Below, in pieces: positions 48,201 to 59,000 of a stretch of 64,000 nt of DNA. Under the pieces are notes generated by a model, which was given only the letters and a program-made list of their open reading frames with translations, was not told the DNA's origin and did no database searches. The stretch lies in assembly GCF_037042905.1 (NCBI RefSeq), contig NC_087251.1, forward strand, positions 14,138,001-14,202,000. The letters run 5' to 3'. Within the stretch, counting starts at the first letter, position 1; the number at the start of each line of letters is the position of its first letter. A program made the translations under genes and the position numbers. The DNA is from Lytechinus pictus (Eukaryota).

Positions 48201-51200
48201 GAACTTGGATTTCTTGTTTGATTAAAATTCTTACCAGTGCGTACTGCCATCTGGATCAGTAAATACCTGTATAGATGATAATAAAAAAAATCAAATTATC
48301 AATATCAAGACAGTTCTCGGCTAAAATACTCCACAGGGAGTGGAGATTGTGCACAAATTGTATGAAGCCAAGTAAAAATCCAATGAGGGTGGGAATAATA
48401 TTTATAATTATATAAAGCACTTTTTAATGGATATGTTGTTCCAAAGCAGAACTCATAAAGGTTTTATCTTTAATATTCCATGAGTTCTTACATTTAATCC
48501 TTATCAATATAAGAACACTATTAAATGTTTAAGTATTCATTTCTTTAAAAACACAAGATTCAAGATAATTCATTGTCATGTAAAAATATTTAAAAAATTG
48601 TTTTCGGACATAGTATAGGTGGAAAGTCTTCACACCTCATAATTGCTACTTTTATTTTGTTGGCATATTCAACAAGAATGTGTCATTGTAGTTAATTGGA
48701 AGTGCTTACCTCGAAATCATTGTCTTTAAACACTGCAAAATAATACATATAGAAAATAAATCATGAGAAAGATACTTAAGTATATGATGAGAATTATGCT
48801 CAGTTTTACACACTACTTGATATATTGATAAAATGCTAATGTCTTGTACTAAGCCAGACAGTATTTTTCTATACCGTATTTAAAATTTAAGACTTTGTAA
48901 AGGTGCCTTACATATTTTTCAAAATTAATGCCACTGGTTCAAATCATGTTATTCTCAGCATACGATTTGAAAACAGTTTAAACAATAAAATTTCTCAGAC
49001 TTGAACCAATATGTTAATTAAAGTCACTATGACTACTTAAAAGATAAAAGTTTTGTAATCTCACATGAAGAAGACATTTTTTTTTATGCTTAGACTTTGT
49101 AACAATTTAGCTTCATACAGAAATAGAAGCCTGCCAAAATTCATGGTATGCCATGGGTCAATGAAAATCAGAACTTACCAACAGAGTCATGCTTTGTTTG
49201 GTTAGCGAAGACATCTTTCTCTTGTAAATATGCTCCAATATAAAGGTACTTGTAGTCCCATCTCATCTTTACCCAAGTGTCAAATCTAGGCTTTGGAAAT
49301 TTTTCACCTTGGATGTCTGTATCAATTCAAAGAAAAAAAAATTTGATGGGGTTTTTTAATTGCATTCAAAACTATTAATTCATTAAAAATGCCCCTCTGC
49401 CGATTCCTTAAAAAATAAAATTTTATTCATAATAAAAGGATGGTCCCATAAAAGTGATAAAAAAAAGGTAAATATTAATCAAACAAAACACTGATGATTA
49501 ATTTCAAATGTAATGAGAGAAAATAATTGTGTTGTATCATTTATTAATTTTGCATTATTTGGTGAGAGGGGAATGGATGCATGTTTGCCTTCATGAATGT
49601 GCAATAATTTAAGCTTTTCAGCTGACAAAATATAGGTAAACCATTGAGAATTACACTAAGCTAGATATGTCTAGCAGACAGCACACACCCTACAAGTACA
49701 TTCAGTGTATGAAAATGGTTGATTAAAACAAAAGATCAAAATTCAAAGTTAAATCATTCCTAGATATATATAAACCCCTCAAAAAAAGTTTGGAAATCTG
49801 AGTTTGGCCATTAATTTTTCCCAACTCCCAATTTTACACAATGTATATTTGACATCATTATTAAATAATAAAATAGTAAATAATTATTATTGTAATAATA
49901 ATTATTTTTATTTACAATATTTAAATTTCATTATTTAATAAAACATTTTTATTCTAAAACGGCACATCGTAATACAGCTCATCAAAGCTACGTACATGTA
50001 CGTCATACCAAAGCGGGTTCAAGGGTCAAGCCTATCGTATTGCAGTGTTTACCACTCCTAGTAGTAGTACCAATGAGGTCCAAACATTAACATGTATGGA
50101 CCTCATACATGTAGGCGACTTTGTCGTGAAAACAGGTTTGTAATTCCTGCGCCAAAGTATTTAGTGATATTACTCACTAAATACAAGTTGTATGCTGGTC
50201 TGTTTATGATTGATTAAAATATTGCCCATGACATGTTATCCTATACTAGTCCTACTTTGAATGTAATAAAATAAAGGGAAACTTACATTTGAGTCCTGTT
50301 TTTTTTCCAGCTTTTCTTGGCAGTCGGTTTGGTCATCGAGTGCAATCGAAGCGGTACGAAGCTGATTTTCAGATCACGTGATACGCGTACTCGTCACCTG
50401 ATTGGTTGGTTATCCTTTCTCAAAGACGTCAATAATTATACATTTTATTATAAAATGTATAAAGAATATTGTATGATATTTTATGCACCTCTACAATTAA
50501 AAGATACCTTGTGATATTAATTTCATGCCTGACGTAATAAGCGCTATTTAACAAAATATTTATAAAAAATTTATTTAAAAAAACCCACCTTGAACACAGT
50601 GCAAAAAACCAAACGATTTGGCTGCGTTGTTAACAACTATCGTAAGGGGCGCTCTATTTATAGATAAAAAAGAATGTGCAGCTGTCTACCGCGACAAGGC
50701 TAGTTGCAAGAGTTGGGACCAGACCGTGGGAAATTTACAGAAAATACAACAAAAGAACTGGTGAGTACCGATTAAACATTATTAATTTAATTAGTAGAAT
50801 ACATTAACTTAGTATAGAGTAAAACAATTTTGTGATATTAATGCTTAGTTCGAAGCTAGGGCGGCCCAAATGCGTGTGAGAGGAGTCCCAGTTTCTTAAC
50901 ACAGGTAAGTATAATATAGGGGTCCTAGACTCTCTAGAGTGGTGTTTACAATATGGATACATGACATCGGTCTGGTAAGAAACCTCTCATTTTTCTTATT
51001 TCTTGGAAGTTGGGGGAAACTATCATACCTTTATACACATTAGGTGTATAATTATTAATAAGGTATGCAATTTAATAAAATTTAGTATATAAAATAGGAC
51101 CACTACTCACTAGTTCTAATGTTAAATATGAAGGGAATTCCGTTCTTGTTTATTTCTCCACAGTCCCATAGGCTGCCTTGTAGGCTCCGTGATCAAATGA

Positions 51201-51513
51201 CAATATCAAAATCATAAAGAAATATGATCACGGAGTCCTCTAGGGCTAGGCTAGGCAGACGGTACGTGAATTAAACTACCGTACCGGCCGGCCCGCCGGT
51301 CGCGTCGCGTCGCTTACCAATGAATGTATCAGATCGTGTCACTTCTTTCCACGCATTGTCATCGAGTCTCCCGTCGATGTTGATTTTCTCACCATTTTTT
51401 AGGGCATATACAATATAGGACTTAGGTATGGGCAGGCTTTCACAATCTATTCCATGGCATGATTTGATGGATTGTAAAATAAATGCAACGCAGATACTGC
51501 AAAACAACTTCAT
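41999..51513 (-). CDS. Secreted carbohydrate-binding family 9-like (CBM9-like/DOMON-like) protein, 361 aa, 11 exons
   Basis: complement(join 51513-51318, 49316-49179, 48732-48710, 48266-48235, 47687-47630, 47251-47152, 44988-44877, 44193-44151, 43316-43246, 42667-42559, 42202-41999) = 1086 nt, all GT-AG, open frame. Hydrophobic N-terminus MKLFCSICVAFILQSIKSCHG, then motifs IDGRLDD-AW, TWVKMRWD-YLYIGAYL, VFKDNDFEVFTDPDG, YKEFEINAINTTWDL, WTVELALP, WRINFSRVEW, EDNWVWS-Q-AINMHLPERWGFIQFS, which I recognise from bacterial CBM9-like proteins. Confidence 0.9.
42559..42667 (-). CDS. CBM9-like exon 10 (WGFIQFS...YNAEK)
   Basis: ctttag|...AAG|gtaatg, 109 nt. Confidence 0.88.
43246..43316 (-). CDS. 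CBM9-like exon 9 (VPGLQEDNWVWS...LPER)
   Basis: caacag|...AG|gtagaa, 71 nt. Confidence 0.9.
43412..43650 (+). mobile_element. DeuSINE-like SINE fragment
   Basis: ggacgttaaa..gaggtcc..gttaagaacccactgcactattcgtatgagactaggggaaaaccccggtgt resembles the Deu domain; (TAA)n tail. Confidence 0.6.
44151..44193 (-). CDS. CBM9-like exon 8 (VEWHVKNVDGHYEK)
   Basis: acacag|...AAG|gtaaat, 43 nt. Confidence 0.88.
44877..44988 (-). CDS. CBM9-like exon 7 (DKYWTVELALP...WRINFSR)
   Basis: ggaaag|...AG|gtaagt, 112 nt. Confidence 0.9.
45429..46453 (-). mobile_element. Helentron/HINE-like element, same family as 24521-26292
   Basis: reverse-complement ends acaagtggaatgcctctggcggtctcacctg ... aaagcggcgcctatagactcactctgcttcgcaggtgagac; tandem gacctttgaccttggtcatgtgacctgaa units. 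Confidence 0.75.
47152..47251 (-). CDS. CBM9-like exon 6 (PYLNGG...NDPLHE)
   Basis: taccag|...G|gtaata, 100 nt. Confidence 0.9.
47630..47687 (-). CDS. CBM9-like exon 5 (YKEFEINAINTTWDLILNK)
   Basis: ttgcag|...AAA|gtaagt, 58 nt. Confidence 0.9.
48235..48266 (-). CDS. CBM9-like exon 4, 32 nt (VFTDPDGSTHW)
   Basis: atacag|...TG|gtaaga. Confidence 0.88.
48710..48732 (-). CDS. CBM9-like exon 3, 23-nt microexon (VFKDNDFE)
   Basis: ttgcag|...GAG|gtaagc. Confidence 0.88.
49179..49316 (-). CDS. CBM9-like exon 2 (DIQGEKFPKPRFDT...KHDSV)
   Basis: acag|...G|gtaagt, 138 nt. Confidence 0.9.
51318..51513 (-). CDS. CBM9-like exon 1 (signal peptide; MKLF...SDTFI)
   Basis: ATG at 51513, donor G|gtaagc. 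Confidence 0.85.
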
Positions 51514-54500
51514 CCCGAGCCGAGCGAATTTTATTTTAAGAGTGGACTTCGTCACGTCATGTGATCAATTTCCAGGTCAGGTGATATCGTATGTTGTCAG
51601 GTGGTTCTCAAAGATAGAGCCGCAAAATGTTGGTATCCCAATTTTGAGAGCAAGTGTCGCCCGGGAGTGTCGCGACGCCGCGTGCCCCCGCGTGACTTTT
51701 CATGAGACAATTTAATGCCGAAAATGGCTCATTATACTTTTGGTACAAAGTCTATGTGAGATGAAATTCCTAAAAGCATTTAATTGTTCATTCTACATGT
51801 ATTTGGTCTGTTTAACAAACATAAATAAGAACTTCTGAAAACAAACAAAATTTTTCGCTTCTGCAATTTTTCTTTGTGGAAACCTTTAAATAAGATTTAA
51901 AAGATGACATTTGGAAAAAAAAATTAAAATTTGAGCTGAAATTGGGTGAATATATGCAAATAGTGTTTTCACGATTAAATTCGCATGCTTTAATAATAAA
52001 AGAAAACAATTATACTGGCTTGTAGTTTATGTGGTAAAGAATGTGCGCGCCAAATTTCGACGCAATCGCGCGAAAGGCGGCTGAGATTAGAAGGGGGGTT
52101 ATCATGCCCCCGCCCCCCCCCCCCCAGTCCCCAATACATCTTAAACACCCCATTCCTTATAGGGTTAATGGACAAGCGTGATTGATGACGAACATTTTCG
52201 TCCAATCAAAATGGCGACAAAAAGCCTACAAATTGTCAGATCTGACAACTTTCCTTGGTTTTGATTGGCTGAGAGGCATTGTTACTATGGTCGGATGAAA
52301 TATAAGATGTCGGATAAAGTGTCCGACAAGTCCTTTCTTGAAACGCTCCTCAGTAGGCGGGATCGAGATGGAATTACATGAAATTATTTCCACCGTTTTT
52401 TAGCAAACTTATTACTAGGGTTCATTCGCCATTACCATGCACTTATATTATATCCTTAATTTAAAGGACGGGTCCACCCTCAAACATTTGATTTGAATAA
52501 AACGAGAAAAAAAAAATACTGAAAATTTGATCAAAAGGCCTATTTAGGCTGATAAGCATATCATGCTTATAGATAATGCGATCCTATTCAATATATATAT
52601 ATATTTTTAATATTGTATTATCTATAGGCATAATAGGGGGGATGCAGCACACAATCCGGTTGGCGATGCTCTGTACAATCATTCCACTAAGTTTCAAGCG
52701 GAATAAATCATTAAAAAATTATTATGATATCTTTTATATGATACAAGCTCAGTTATTATCATTATTATCTTTATTGTTATAATCATCATTGCGATGCAAT
52801 CATGTCAGAAGAGTAAGTTTTTCTCTCTCTCGCTTCACTCGCTCTTAATATTCTTTCATAGGAAAGTGGGTAGGAGGGTATATACACTAACATGTGTACA
52901 TCCTGTATGTTTACATGTATACATACACACACACATACAAATACACATTGACGTATGCATGTAGATGGGATTTCTAGGGCACCCCCCCTCCCTTCAAAAA
53001 ATGGGGGAAGTATAGGTAAAATAGTATTTTACAACCAAGAAAGTGCATGAAAAAGAAACGTGACAGTGGAGTATGGTATCATTTTCTGAATTTCATGTCA
53101 AAATCTATCACAAACGTAGATTTTCAATATTTAAAAAATGTAAAAAATTATGCTCTCTCGCTGAAAGTTTTGCCCCATTATGCCAGGTTCTGCACTCCTA
53201 AAAATGTTTGGTTCCTTATATTGCTGAGATCATGCAGGAGCACATTTGAAATATACGCACGTCATCCCTTGGTTGCTTCGCTCACAAGGCAAGGTTTATC
53301 CATTCCCTGCAGTGGCTTAATGAGCAAAATATTTTGAGGGGGCCAGACATGGCGTATCTAGCAAATTTATTTTTAAAAGATTGCGAGCGAGCAAAGTAAG
53401 CAGGCAAAATCTTCGACATTTACATTACAACAATCCAATTTTGTGATAGATTTTGGCATAGTATTGAGAAAATAATATCACATTTCACCTTATATCTTTC
53501 CTCTTCTATTTTTTTCTTGGTGGTGTACTTTCTTTTTTTTGGGGGGGAGCAAGCCCCCCCCCCCCCTCTTTACGCAACTGATACCCTGCCCCTGCAAAAT
53601 CTTGGTCATGGGTTTATTCATACTAAGTCTATACTACACTATAAAAACTACAATAAATCAGATATATATATTATCTAAAAACCGTACTCTTTAATTGATT
53701 CACCCTTCTAAAGTCTGAAACACTTCACAACTTTATTGCACATTAACATTTTAAAACTAATTCAGCTATTTCACTTATAAAGCTACTCGCTAGACTAGGT
53801 AGGCGTTGTTACTTGACAAGGAAATACACTTCTTATCAATTCTTTGACAAAAGTAATTTTTTAGCATGAATTCTGAAAAGGCATACTTGTTTACTTAATT
53901 GTCTTGTTATCGACAAGAAATCAGAGCTGTAGTCAAGATACCAAACCCTCACTGAGGCAAAGTCATGGGGGAAAATGCTTTACTTTATACAGCTTCTCTT
54001 TAAAATATAAATCCGCTAATTTGTATTTGATTTATATTACTTTGTATCATGTTCGAACGAAAATGAAATGAATAAATAAATGAATCGAATTGAATCATTG
54101 CCATTCCATATACTCAATAGGTAAATTATTCATTTTTTTCAATTCAATTAAATTCAGGTTTATTGCAAAAAACATGATTGGCAGTCACAGACTGAATTGT
54201 ACATGTTTACACAATGCCAATATATAACAATAATCAAAATTACTAAGATAAACAATGAAGATACAAATCAAAATTACATATGTGCAGTTAAAAATGGAGT
54301 TAAAATGGATAAAACATAAAATTATATATAATACAATATTGCACATTCGTTACACAAATTGCAGACTTATTTACCATGGTACTCATTTAATAATCTTGTC
54401 TTGGAAGAGCACTGTTCTGAAATCTTTTTGTTTTACATGGAATCTCTTATATTTGATTGATTGATTGATCATTTATTCCATTCTCATAAAAACATATTTA

Positions 54501-55224
54501 CACAATTATTACAAACAATGCATATGTATATAAAAATATTAAAATCGAAACAATAATGCATAAAGAATGTTCATCATTTACAAAGATTGATAATGGAAAA
54601 AGAGAACATTTGGAAAAGCCTGATATGGCTTTGCAAACTAAAAGTTCTCACAAAAATATGTATAATTCACACTAATATCTTAGAACATAGATTATATGTC
54701 GTAAATTGAAAGCGTTTGTTTTCAGTGGAGGTAACCAGTTCTTGCACAATTGATTCATTTCTAACTTTAAAGCGAAATCTGTGGTAAGTTTCATAAATTA
54801 GTACATTGACAACAATTGTAAGTACACAATACAAAAATGTATTGAAAATGCCTTGAAATTTCAAGCAACCAAATCCTCATATGAAATATGAAAGTCGAAT
54901 GAATTGAAAAGGTAGGCCTTAAAACGCCTTTAAGCCAGGGTCATAAAGGCACTACGACATTGCAATACATAACTTCTATATTCGACACGATTCAGAAAGC
55001 TGTTCGAAGATAGGAATTATGAACGATACTGAATACGAATATTTATTGAATCGGCAAATGAAATGTTTATGGTTCGTGATAAAAATTAATTTGCTATCAG
55101 ATGGTTGAAAATTTATTTTTATGTGTATATATACAAATTGTTATATAGGTATTAATATTTTTTTATCGTGCATTCATTTGTCAAATTTCAACATTGTAGA
55201 TGCATAATTCAATTATACTCTATC

Positions 55225-55320
55225 GCCACCACCACCACCACCACTATCATCATCATCATCATCATCGTCATAATTATCATCATCATCATCATCACCACCA
55301 CCATCATCATAAACAACAAC
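55225..55320. repeat. (CAT/CAC)n microsatellite
   Basis: trinucleotide run; similar runs at 38690-38800 and 42330-42555. Confidence 0.85.
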
Positions 55321-55570
55321 ATTTCAGATTAACCTTTCTTCGAAGTACATCTACACGAACGGAGTTTGTTTTCAACAAACTGATTTCGAACAAAGGCAAT
55401 TTTTAAAGAAATACCTAGTTTTTGAACTATATATCTTATATTGTTACTAAACCCCATTTCACCAAGTTCAGCTTTCTATTATAGGGGAACTTAATCTATT
55501 CGCGCACAGCATCCTCGAGGGTAAGAGTAATTATGTGAAGGAGGTGTATCTTGTCCATTAAGCTTACAGA

Positions 55571-56089
55571 TTAAGCACTTTTATTCGTGGAATCAATTGT
55601 CTGCATCTGAGTGTTAGGGTCCTGAACAGGACCTGCATACGTCCCCTTCTCATCAGTGTTAACCACACACTTGAAGACATCGAACCTCTTTGGTAGATAC
55701 CCTTTGGTGAATATGATGTCAGTGGCATAGGAACAGATAACCAAGGACACGAAAGCCACAATTGCCGCCAAGGTACGGAACGGGAACAACTGGCCGAGGT
55801 CTTTATCGTAGTAAGGATATTGGATGAGGGGAGGTAGACCGAGGGATGGTTCACCACCACTCAGACGGAGAAAGAGACCGAGAACGAAGGCTACGGCCGA
55901 GCCATAAGTATTGGACTTCTTGACGTGGATGACGCAAACGAATTGCGGGAAGAGCAATGCGTAGACGAAGTCGGAGCAGAGGACGAAGAGGATGTAGATA
56001 GATTCGACTGTCAATGCCATGACGGTAGCTATGGTTGCGACGATGACCACAGCAACACGAAGTGCCCACATCATTTCACACTCGGAAGC
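55571..56089 (-). CDS. SLC5A7: SLC5A7-like last coding exon (ASECEMMW...TNKSA*)
   Basis: ttacag|GCT...TAA, 519 nt. Confidence 0.92.
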   Translation of the reverse strand, partial: ASECEMMWALRVAVVIVATIATVMALTVESIYILFVLCSDFVYALLFPQFVCVIHVKKSNTYGSAVAFVLGLFLRLSGGEPSLGLPPLIQYPYYDKDLGQLFPFRTLAAIVAFVSLVICSYATDIIFTKGYLPKRFDVFKCVVNTDEKGTYAGPVQDPNTQMQTIDSTNKSA

Positions 56090-59000
56090 CTGTAAAGACA
56101 AGACATTATGATAGGTTTCGAATGAATGCAAATTAAGTGGAATGAAAAGGACACAAATCAGGTGAAAAGAAATGAAACAAAATGACAGAGAATGGGATAA
56201 AGGAAAATGAAATTTCAAAATTAATAGAATAGAATAAAGATAAGAATACAATAGAATAGAATAAGGCATATCATAATATGAAGAAACAAAACATAAGATA
56301 AACATAAATGTTAAAAAATGCTGTCAAAGGAGATAGTAATGATATAAGAAATGATTGTGTATAGGCTTACTTTAGCAAAAAAATAGGTTAAACTATTCAA
56401 TTTTATTTATTTTATAAAGTCGTACAAATCAACTTTGTGTTTGGATTTATTGATTTTCTTGTAATATCAACTGTCAACACTAAAATTACCCCATCATCAT
56501 CTAGCTCCTCCTGAATCTGTACCAGCTCAAACTCAATAGATTTCTCTCTCTCTCTCTTTTACATTACAACTGTTAAAAATAGGCCTATATAATGCAAATT
56601 ATTATTATTTCAAAACTTTGTGATTCCTTGTCTGATTTTTATGAATTCTTTGAGTACTTTGTTCCCAGTCTGATTTTCCTCTCTGTTCAAATCACAATTA
56701 TTCTCAGCCTGCATGGAGTACCAAGATATAGATTATCACAATGTCAAAATGTTAAGCTCAAAAGTGGCATACCGATGGTCTAATTATATTTTTGTAGATG
56801 TTCCTGGTAAACATTGAACTCGATGCGAGGACAGACGAATCGGTAGAAGACATCACGGCCGCAGAGATGGCCCCCAGGCCAAGAAAAGCGACCACGGGTG
56901 GGGTGAGATACTGGATGACAGCTGGTAGAATAAGACCTGGTTCTTCATAGAGATCCGTCTTGTTCAGGTTTATGTTAGTCATTGTCCAATCTATATGAAG
57001 AATAGGAATTTGATATGTCAAAGATCCGGGTCAAGGAAGTCAAATACCATGCAATATGATTTTATTACGTATTATGCCTATGAAATTATGTTTGGGCGCA
57101 TGAAAATTTGAAAATTCGCGCAATTAAATTAAATGACAATGAGTTTTGATAGAGATAAAATATAAAGGCCTCAACATAGGCCCGATTTTCTTACAGGCAC
57201 TGGAAATGAAAACAAAAATGATTGATGGCAATGACGTTTAATGAAATGACTCACAAGTTCAAGAACAGTGGAGGTTTGTATTTTTATGTTTTATGTTGCT
57301 CGATCTTTTTATTTTGAAGCTGCATTACCAAAGCCGATTTAGAAGGACATTCTCCCTGCAGTAGAAAGATGATGAATGCAAATTTAACCACCCAAATCGA
57401 TTACTCATGCGCATGCATGCTGGGACATTTCATGATCTTGTTTCCCATGACATTATTTTGACACCCCCCCCCCCCCCAATTAAGAGCTGCTATTGTTGTA
57501 TACATAATATACAGGAATTATATTTCCATGTCATCTGCATGTCTCATGCATGGAAGTAACATTTTTTCAGAATCGTCAGGAAAGCTCCAGAGCCTTGTTG
57601 CATATAAGTAACGGTTATGATAGTTTTGCTATCCAATGGTTACTACCGTAGTATAACAGTAAAACATAACAATTAAATTTGATCATTTCATGTTGGCCTA
57701 CAATATTGGATGGCACAATACGGCCCACTCCTGATTCGTGTAGGTAGGCCTAGCCTCTATAGCACTGACCGGTGCTGGCGCCCACGGCACCCATGACGTA
57801 AGCAGGGATACTGAGAGAGAAACATCCAAATGCTGCAATCAAAGATAGGTATCGGGCATGATGAGGGGTCTTGGCTGCTAGAACCCGTTGAAAGTATGCC
57901 TGCCATGGCACTCCACCCAATATCTGAATGAGAGAAGACAGGACAGCTTTGTTACAGGCGAAAATCACTTTTTAATTGAATCTGAAATCTATAATAACAT
58001 TCACTGTATTCAGGGTTGAAGAAGAAGAAGAAGAAGAAAAAACCCACCAAGATGCTTTGAAGGAAACGGGTGTGACAATATATGTATATATATAAATAAA
58101 TATAAATAAATATGATAAAAAAATATATATATATATGTATACATAAAGATAAGCCGAATAGCAGAAAAGTCCAAATAATGAAGTTATTGAATTTTAAAGA
58201 TTTGCATTATTCCGGTGAAACATTTCTAGGCATGTCTTTATGAATATTCATTAGGTGGGCTGATGATGTCTCCACTTAGTCTTTTGTATTTTATTATATG
58301 AAATTAGGTTTATTCAAAAAAATTTCTACCAAGAGCTAAAACAATTGGATTGACAACTCATTAATTGCATTAGTTATTTATTGCCGCAACTTATTTCATT
58401 ATAATGGAGACACATCATTTACACATGTATGAAAAAATGAAACAATTGTGATTTCATGTAATAACATGAGAAAAATGAAAGTGGGAATATGACATCATCA
58501 GCCCACCTAATGAATATTCATGACGATGTGTATATAACTGTTTTCACAAAATATTGATAAAATTTAAAATTCAATAACTTTGTATTTGTTATCCGACTTT
58601 GATGAAATTTTCAACATTTTGCTCTGTGAATTTTACTCTATTTATTTAGATATTAAAATTTTCAGCCCGGACCATCCCTTTAATAGCCTTATTACGTCGA
58701 ATTGTTCAGCGAGATAGATTATCTATCCAAGCCGACTTAAACGCCTTATCATGTTGACATGGCAAGAGACATCTTGCCAAGTCGACTTATAATAGTTATA
58801 TGCGAACTTATAACATGTACTTGACATGAGATAAGTTACCTTGATAAGTCAACTTATATAAGTATGTTGTAATGTAGATACATGGTAGATAACGAAATGA
58901 TGATATACATGTATAACTTCGAAGTTCTTATCAATTTAGTTGACAATACAACGTATCTTGTTTCAGGCCAACGAGCGAGTAACTTTTCCTCTTTTTTATA

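Noticed and set aside
51514..51560. ORF-track start at 51555 and the upstream ATG-ACG-TGA
   Set aside because: 51555 is a GTG; the ATG at 51513 starts the signal peptide. The mini-uORF depends on an unknown TSS.
55200..55406. Poly-His ORF (also 38588-38854)
   Set aside because: Translation of (CAT/CAC)n microsatellites with no splice or homology support.
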